From Candidatus Kuenenia stuttgartensis (lineage in GTDB: Bacteria > Planctomycetota > Brocadiia > Brocadiales > Brocadiaceae): a stretch of 32,000 nucleotides of DNA. The stretch covers positions 4,350,001 through 4,382,000 of the forward strand of contig NZ_LT934425.1 in assembly GCF_900232105.1 (NCBI RefSeq), read 5' to 3'. The position numbers and the translations under genes are program-made. The notes below the pieces were generated by a model. That model saw only the letters and a list, made by a program, of their open reading frames with translations, was not told the DNA's origin and searched no databases. Shown here in pieces: positions 26,580-32,000 of the stretch (the first letter of the stretch is position 1; every line of letters starts with the position of its first letter).

Positions 26580-27416
26580 ATGAATAAACAAGCAATTCCT
26601 TTATTTAAAGCGCTTACGATAGCCGGCTCCGATAGTATTGGCGGAGCGGGTATACAGGCGGACATGAAAACCATCGCGGCATTGGGAGGATATGCGGCCA
26701 CTGCAATCACCGCGTTAACGGCACAAAACACGCTGGGAGTACATGCCGTCTATGAAATTCCTGCTTCCTTTGTTGCGCGGCAAATTGACGCAGTAGTATC
26801 CGATACTGGCGCCGACATCGTCAAAACAGGAATGTTGTACAGCAAGGATATCATTGAAACGGTTGCCTCCAGGCTCAAACATTATGCGCTTTCACCTGTT
26901 GTCGTCGATCCCGTCATGCTGTCAAAAAATGGAGCGGCACTATTGGCCGAAGATGCCATTCCGGCCTTGATCTCTCAATTGTTTCCCTTGGCTTTCATCG
27001 TTACGCCAAATATTCCGGAAGCCGCACATATTTCGGGCATAAAAATTCAAAATATCACAGATGCAGAAAAGGCTGCAAAATACATACACAAACTCGGCCC
27101 CGCAAACGTACTAATAAAAGGCGGCCATGCTCTGCATTCAAGTGATATAAAGAGCAGCAATACGGTAATTGATATTTTGTACACTGGAAAATCCTTTGCA
27201 TATATTGAAGGCGAGTATCTCCCCGCAAAACATGTCCATGGTACCGGATGCGTCTATGCCTCCGCAATCGCAGCGTATCTTGCGAAAGGATGCGGCATCG
27301 CGGAAGCTGTTCGGCAGGCAAAAAAATTTGTCGTTCTGTGTATTAAAAAATCATTCTCTCCGGGCAGGGGATATGATGTTATGGAGCCGTTTAGTACCTT
27401 AGCGCCTTATCAGTAA
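26580..27416 (+). CDS. thiD: Hydroxymethylpyrimidine/phosphomethylpyrimidine kinase
   Basis: ALTIAGSDSIGGAGIQADMKTIAALGGYAATAITALTAQNT, VLIKGGHA, VHGTGCVYASAIAAYLA; 278 aa. Confidence 0.92.
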   Translation: MNKQAIPLFKALTIAGSDSIGGAGIQADMKTIAALGGYAATAITALTAQNTLGVHAVYEIPASFVARQIDAVVSDTGADIVKTGMLYSKDIIETVASRLKHYALSPVVVDPVMLSKNGAALLAEDAIPALISQLFPLAFIVTPNIPEAAHISGIKIQNITDAEKAAKYIHKLGPANVLIKGGHALHSSDIKSSNTVIDILYTGKSFAYIEGEYLPAKHVHGTGCVYASAIAAYLAKGCGIAEAVRQAKKFVVLCIKKSFSPGRGYDVMEPFSTLAPYQ

Positions 27417-27487
27417 CTTCTTTGCACACTTCCATTCGTCAGTGCGTGTTTTTTGGCAAAATATTTAATGGTGAAATCCGGAATGCT

Positions 27488-27691
27488 AAATACTAAATCC
27501 GAAACAAATTCTAATGACAAAATAATTTGAACTTCTGAACAAATGCATCTTTCATATCTCGCATTTCATGCTTAATATTGTTGCCTGCCTCTGCGTTGTC
27601 GCATGCAGACAGGTATGTTTTGGATTTGTTTCGAATTTTATGTTTTGTCATTACAATTTGTTTCATATTTTGTACTTCGAGTTTAGTATTT
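27488..27691. repeat. ~200-bp MITE-like inverted-repeat element
   Basis: Left arm AAATACTAAATCCGAAACAAATTCTAATGACAAAA; reverse complement of the right arm AAATACTAAACTC...GAAACAAATTGTAATGACAAAA. Confidence 0.6.
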
Positions 27692-27864
27692 TTTATACCT
27701 TACTTGTTTGGTTCTGGCTATGCCAGTTTAGGGCATTACAATTCCCTTGAATTAGCTTGTTTAGGCTGTTATACTTTTTAAAAGTGGCAAGCCTCTCCTG
27801 ATTTACATCGCGATAAATATCTCTTTTAAATTCGTTGTTTGTAGGTAATTGAGGAAGCGATAGT

Positions 27865-28500
27865 ATGCAACAAGCCGTTAGCCTGGAATCAAGCGTGCTC
27901 GTATTAAACAAGTTTTTCATGGCGCTCCATGTAATCTCTGCGAAACGGGCATTCACATTGCTATGTAAGCACATTGCTGAGGTTGTTTCCGTGGATGAGG
28001 GAAAATATAATTCCTATAATTTTGAAAGCTGGAGGGATGTTTCTTCGTACAAGGTCTCGCTCGGTTTAACAGACGACGACACTACGAGTTGGGTAAAAAC
28101 TGTTTCCTTTTCCATTGAGGTGCCAAAGATTATCCGGCTCTTAACATACGACAAATTTCCTCAATCTTCTTTGAAATTTAACAGAAGGAATATTTTTGCC
28201 AGAGATGAAAATAAATGTCAATACTGCAGCAAACGTTTTCCGGTTTCAGAATTAAGTTTTGATCATGTTATACCAAGGGCGCATGACGGAAAAACCACGT
28301 GGGAAAACGTGGTATGTGCATGTACTGAATGCAACAAAAGAAAAGGCGGCAGGACTCCTGAACAGGCGGGAATGAAGTTGACCAGAATACCCGTAAAACC
28401 AAAACACAGCCCTGTATTGAGATTGAAACTCCGGTTTGAAAAATATGAATCGTGGAAACAATTTTTGGACGAAGCGTATTGGTCGGTTCCATTAAAATAG
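27865..28500 (+). CDS. HNH endonuclease family protein
   Basis: CQYCSKRFPVSELSFDHVIPRAHDGKTTWENVVCACTECNKRKGGRTPEQAGMKL; 211 aa. Confidence 0.9.
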   Translation: MQQAVSLESSVLVLNKFFMALHVISAKRAFTLLCKHIAEVVSVDEGKYNSYNFESWRDVSSYKVSLGLTDDDTTSWVKTVSFSIEVPKIIRLLTYDKFPQSSLKFNRRNIFARDENKCQYCSKRFPVSELSFDHVIPRAHDGKTTWENVVCACTECNKRKGGRTPEQAGMKLTRIPVKPKHSPVLRLKLRFEKYESWKQFLDEAYWSVPLK

Positions 28501-28563
28501 TCCCCCCCCTACCAAAGCCTTCATACAATAAACTATCGACACAGTAATTAATCCAGCTTTGCC

Positions 28564-29655
28564 TTGTCCACATCTTCAATAAAAAAATATTATTTGTGTT
28601 TGATAAGGAAAGAGCTTTCCGGCATACTGCCTGAGATTCTCCGGCAAATGCTCTATCTGTTATCGAAAATATACGGGTTTTCCATAAAAACTCGTATTTT
28701 TTTTTACAGAAAAGGCATTTTGAAAACATACCGGCTGCCCGTGCCAGTAATCAGCGTCGGAAATATTACTACAGGCGGAACGGGGAAAACCCCTGTTGTT
28801 GAATACCTGGCAAAATATGCTGGGAAAAAAGGCAAAAGGGTTATTATCATAAGCCGCGGATACGCGCCAATGATGCAACAGGGAAAAGATGCTGCAAGCA
28901 ATGAAATGTGCAATGATGAACACCTCTTATTTAAAGAGAATATCCCCGGCATAATGAATATATTGGGAAAAGACCGGGTAAAAAGCGGCTGGGAAGCCAT
29001 AAATCGCCGTCAGGCAGAGTGCTTGTTGCTGGATGATGGTTTTCAGCACCTACGGCTTTTACGGGATATGGACATTGTTCTTATTGATACACTGGAGCCT
29101 TTTGGATACGAATACACTTTGCCCCGTGGATTATTAAGAGAACCATTGGAAGGATTAAGAAGGTCAGATCTGTTTCTATTGACTCATACAGACCAAATTA
29201 GCCCTGAAAAAAAACAGACGGTAATCAACCGGCTCCGTGAAATTGCAAGAGATGTTCCCGTAATAGAATCAATCCACAAACCAGTGCGTCTGGTTTTAGC
29301 AGCCGATGAAAAATCGTTTGGTACTGAATGGTTGGCCGGAAAGAAGGTTTTTGCTTTCTGCGCAATCGGAAATCCGTTATCGTTCAGGAAAAGCCTTGAG
29401 AGTTTAGGAGCGATACTGGTTGGTTTCCATGAATTTCCAGACCATCACGCATATACTCCTTCGGATCTGCATATTTTAAACGGCGAAGCCAGATGCGCCT
29501 CTCCCGATGCAGTCGTCATTACGCAAAAAGACCGTGTAAAACTAGGAAAAGACCTTGCCCGCTGGACGTTACCGGTATTAACGCTGAAGATGGAGATTTG
29601 TATTACAAAAGGAAGTGAAATTTTGCATAAAAAGTTAGATGAGAAATTAAATTGA
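28564..29655 (+). CDS. lpxK: Tetraacyldisaccharide 4'-kinase
   Basis: VPVISVGNITTGGTGKTPVVEYLAKY, GYAPMM, LLLDDGFQHLRLLRDMDIVLIDTLEPFG; 363 aa. Confidence 0.92.
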   Translation: MSTSSIKKYYLCLIRKELSGILPEILRQMLYLLSKIYGFSIKTRIFFYRKGILKTYRLPVPVISVGNITTGGTGKTPVVEYLAKYAGKKGKRVIIISRGYAPMMQQGKDAASNEMCNDEHLLFKENIPGIMNILGKDRVKSGWEAINRRQAECLLLDDGFQHLRLLRDMDIVLIDTLEPFGYEYTLPRGLLREPLEGLRRSDLFLLTHTDQISPEKKQTVINRLREIARDVPVIESIHKPVRLVLAADEKSFGTEWLAGKKVFAFCAIGNPLSFRKSLESLGAILVGFHEFPDHHAYTPSDLHILNGEARCASPDAVVITQKDRVKLGKDLARWTLPVLTLKMEICITKGSEILHKKLDEKLN

Positions 29656-29669
29656 AAGGAAAAGAATAA

Positions 29670-29840
<171 letters not shown>

Positions 29841-30011
29841 TCCAGGGGAACTTAAGGGAACCACAGATTTCACAGACTTCGTCGTGATCTCAGTCGAACG
29901 ATTGCACAGATTAAAAACAGGGTGGCACGGACAAACAAGTTTGTCCGTACCACCCTGTACCTAAGTGTTACAATATTTCTTGTTTTGTCTCATTAATGCC
30001 AGGAACAATAG

Positions 30012-30983
30012 ATGGAAAATCAGCATCATTGCGAAATCAGGAAATATACTCCTTTAGATCTTGGAAAGATTAGTACCTATTCAATAACAGAACGACAGAA
30101 TCTTTCCAATATTCATCTTTTTGCCAAACCAACAGAACCCACTGACGGAATAAAGGCCTTTTTCGAATCTTTGCCAGAAATACTGGCTTCGGCAAATCTG
30201 CGCAAGGTTATTGATGCAATAGTCCTGGCGCGACAGAATAAGCGTCCGGTGGTAATGTCATTTGGGGCGCACGTAATCAAATGCGGTTTGTCACCGCTCA
30301 TTATTGATTTGATGAAACGGAATATTATAACCGCCCTTGCAATGAATGGGGCTGCCGCTATTCACGATTACGAAATATCACTGATCGGCGCAACCTCGGA
30401 AGATGTGGCAGAAAGTCTGAGGGATGGAAGCTTTGGAATGACAAAAGAAACTCCTGAAGCATTTCAAATAGCCTCTTCAAGGGGAGCAACTGAGGGCATC
30501 GGATTGGGAAGGGCAATGGGAGAAAAGATTATTGCGGATAACAAAGCCTATACCGATCTGAGTTTATTGGCCTGGAGTGCGAAACTGGATATCCCGTCCA
30601 CCGTACATGTTGCGTTCGGCACAGACACTATTTACATGCATCCTAACATTTCAGGCAAAGACATGGGCGAATCCAGTCATATTGATTTCAGGATACTTGC
30701 TTCAATAGTATCCGATTTGGAGGGTGGCGTCTGGCTCAACGTTGGGTCTGCTGTCATCATGCCGGAGGTGTTTCTTAAAGCGCTTACCATAGCAAGAAAC
30801 GTGGGGAACAAAGTGGAAAATTTTGTAACGGTAAACATGGACATGATCCAGCACTACCGGCCGCAAACCAATGTATTAAAAAGGCCTACCCGTACCGGAT
30901 ACGCACTCACCGGACACCACGAAATCATGTTCCCCCTGCTCAGAATGGGCATTCTTTCAAGACTTGGCTCTGAAAATGAGTAA
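30012..30983 (+). CDS. Conserved hypothetical protein, 323 aa
   Basis: Long ORF in an operon-like context (...RPVVMSFGAHVIKCGLSPLIIDLMKRNIITALAMNGAAAIHDYEISLIGATSEDVAESL...). Family not recognised with certainty. Confidence 0.8.
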   Translation: MENQHHCEIRKYTPLDLGKISTYSITERQNLSNIHLFAKPTEPTDGIKAFFESLPEILASANLRKVIDAIVLARQNKRPVVMSFGAHVIKCGLSPLIIDLMKRNIITALAMNGAAAIHDYEISLIGATSEDVAESLRDGSFGMTKETPEAFQIASSRGATEGIGLGRAMGEKIIADNKAYTDLSLLAWSAKLDIPSTVHVAFGTDTIYMHPNISGKDMGESSHIDFRILASIVSDLEGGVWLNVGSAVIMPEVFLKALTIARNVGNKVENFVTVNMDMIQHYRPQTNVLKRPTRTGYALTGHHEIMFPLLRMGILSRLGSENE

Positions 30984-31620
30984 AAAAAATACCCTATTGA
31001 AAATATACCGCAAAATGTACGATTCTCTGGGACCTCAACAATGGTGGCCTGGAGAAACACCGTTTGAAATTATCATTGGCGCTATATTGACCCAGAATAC
31101 CAATTGGTCAAATGTTGAAAAGGCTATCAATAATATAAAAAAAGTAAACAAACTTACCCCAAAGGGAATACATTCGCTAAGTTTGCCGGAACTGGCGGAA
31201 CTGGTCAGGCCTTCAGGGTTTTTTAATGTCAAGGCAAAGCGTGTTAAAACATTTGTCAACTGGCTGTTTTCAAAATATGAGGGCAATCTCACCGCCATGT
31301 TTCATCAGGACTGCCGGACGCTTCGTGAAGAATTGCTTAGCATAAACGGCATTGGACCGGAAACGGCGGATTCGATTCTGCTTTACGCAGGCAATATGCC
31401 TACTTTTGTCATAGACGCCTATACGCACAGGATATTTTCGCGGCACGGCCTTGTTCCTGAAGAAAGCGCTTACGATGAAATGAAATCTTTTTTTGAAGAC
31501 AACCTCCCCGAAGACACTAAATTATTCAATGAATACCATGCCCTGATCGTGAACATCGGAAAGTTGTTTTGCAAACCCAAAAGGGTGTGTGAACAGTGCC
31601 CTCTGCTTGAGTTTTTGTAA
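30964..31620 (+). CDS. HhH-GPD base-excision glycosylase (endonuclease III-like / 3-methyladenine glycosylase III type)
   Basis: WWPGETPFEIIIGAILTQNTNWSNVEKAI, LLSINGIGPETADSILLYAGNMPTFVIDAYTHRIFSRHG, Fe-S cluster CKPKRVCEQCPLLEFL (fourth Cys less clear). Confidence 0.82.
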   Translation: MALKMSKKNTLLKIYRKMYDSLGPQQWWPGETPFEIIIGAILTQNTNWSNVEKAINNIKKVNKLTPKGIHSLSLPELAELVRPSGFFNVKAKRVKTFVNWLFSKYEGNLTAMFHQDCRTLREELLSINGIGPETADSILLYAGNMPTFVIDAYTHRIFSRHGLVPEESAYDEMKSFFEDNLPEDTKLFNEYHALIVNIGKLFCKPKRVCEQCPLLEFL

Positions 31621-31756
31621 CTATTCGGAGTAAACACTACGGTCTAACATGATAGCATCAGGCGCTTATCACATCACATCCTTTGTTGCCCAATGGCGCC
31701 CATCAGCCGCAACGCTTTTTGGCGTCGGCTGGATGGGATTGTTAGTCAATAATTCC

Positions 31757-32000
31757 TCACGCCGCGTGTAGCGGCGCCAACTCTTTATTGCTGATTCTCG
31801 ACAACCCAAGCTTTACCAATACACAGTTAATATCATCAGCAGTTACATTGGATGGCGCCGTGATCTCAATACCTATAGGATTACCGCTTTCACCAAAATC
31901 AATAATTAGTCCCTGACCCGCCTTAGCAGTTTTACGGCTTTTCTCCCCTTGCTGACGTGGTAAATACAGATATGCAGCAAGTGGCTGACCGTGACGAAAT
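31757..32000 (-). CDS. C-terminal part of a small conserved protein (DUF2283-like), truncated by the window edge
   Basis: Minus-strand reading ...FRHGQPLAAYLYLPRQQGEKSRKTAKAGQGLIIDFGESGNPIGIEITAPSNVTADDINCVLVKLGLSRISNKELAPLHAA*. Confidence 0.55.
   Translation of the reverse strand, partial: FRHGQPLAAYLYLPRQQGEKSRKTAKAGQGLIIDFGESGNPIGIEITAPSNVTADDINCVLVKLGLSRISNKELAPLHAA

Noticed and set aside
27568-27974. ORFs of 60, 67 and 93 aa near 27.6-27.9 kb
   Set aside because: Inside a MITE-like inverted repeat or antisense to the HNH gene.
31701-31739. Hairpin CCCATCAGCCG...CGGCTGGATGGG considered as a new element
   Set aside because: Most simply an intergenic terminator or common hairpin between convergent genes; one bulged base and no second copy in the window.

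Overview
This 32-kb, AT-rich window has two parts. Taxonomy is inference only: the multiheme cytochrome and mobile-element content would fit a planctomycete/anammox-like genome. Left part (1-17.8 kb): an accessory island dominated by mobile and defence elements. It holds (i) two head-to-head copies of an IS1634-type element, one inside a HicB-like gene and one inside the 3' end of an apparent R-M/methylase gene; (ii) a zeta-toxin-like kinase with a small partner; (iii) an ISAzo13-type transposase split at a poly-A run; (iv) a group II intron relic without a reverse transcriptase ORF, carrying a 25-nt insertion in its domain V hairpin; (v) an 855-aa adenine DNA methyltransferase directly followed by a PIN-domain nuclease; (vi) a 518-aa uncharacterised protein; (vii) a second IS1634-like element; and (viii) a decayed type I R-M locus (hsdM fragment, RhuM, hsdS broken by a frameshift and by a 204-bp MITE with a TA target duplication). 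Right part (18.4-32 kb): mostly chromosomal. It holds a 14-CXXCH lipoprotein cytochrome with an outer-membrane beta-barrel (possible porin-cytochrome conduit), an MBL-fold hydrolase, pssA, an aquaporin-family channel, nth, lipA, thiD, an HNH endonuclease, lpxK, a small 2[4Fe-4S] ferredoxin, a conserved hypothetical protein and a second HhH-GPD protein. Several palindromic interspersed repeats lie between genes. The best candidates for something under-described are the methyltransferase+PIN pair, the porin-cytochrome pair, the altered group II intron and the 518-aa family. No CRISPR array, tRNA or rRNA was recognised.
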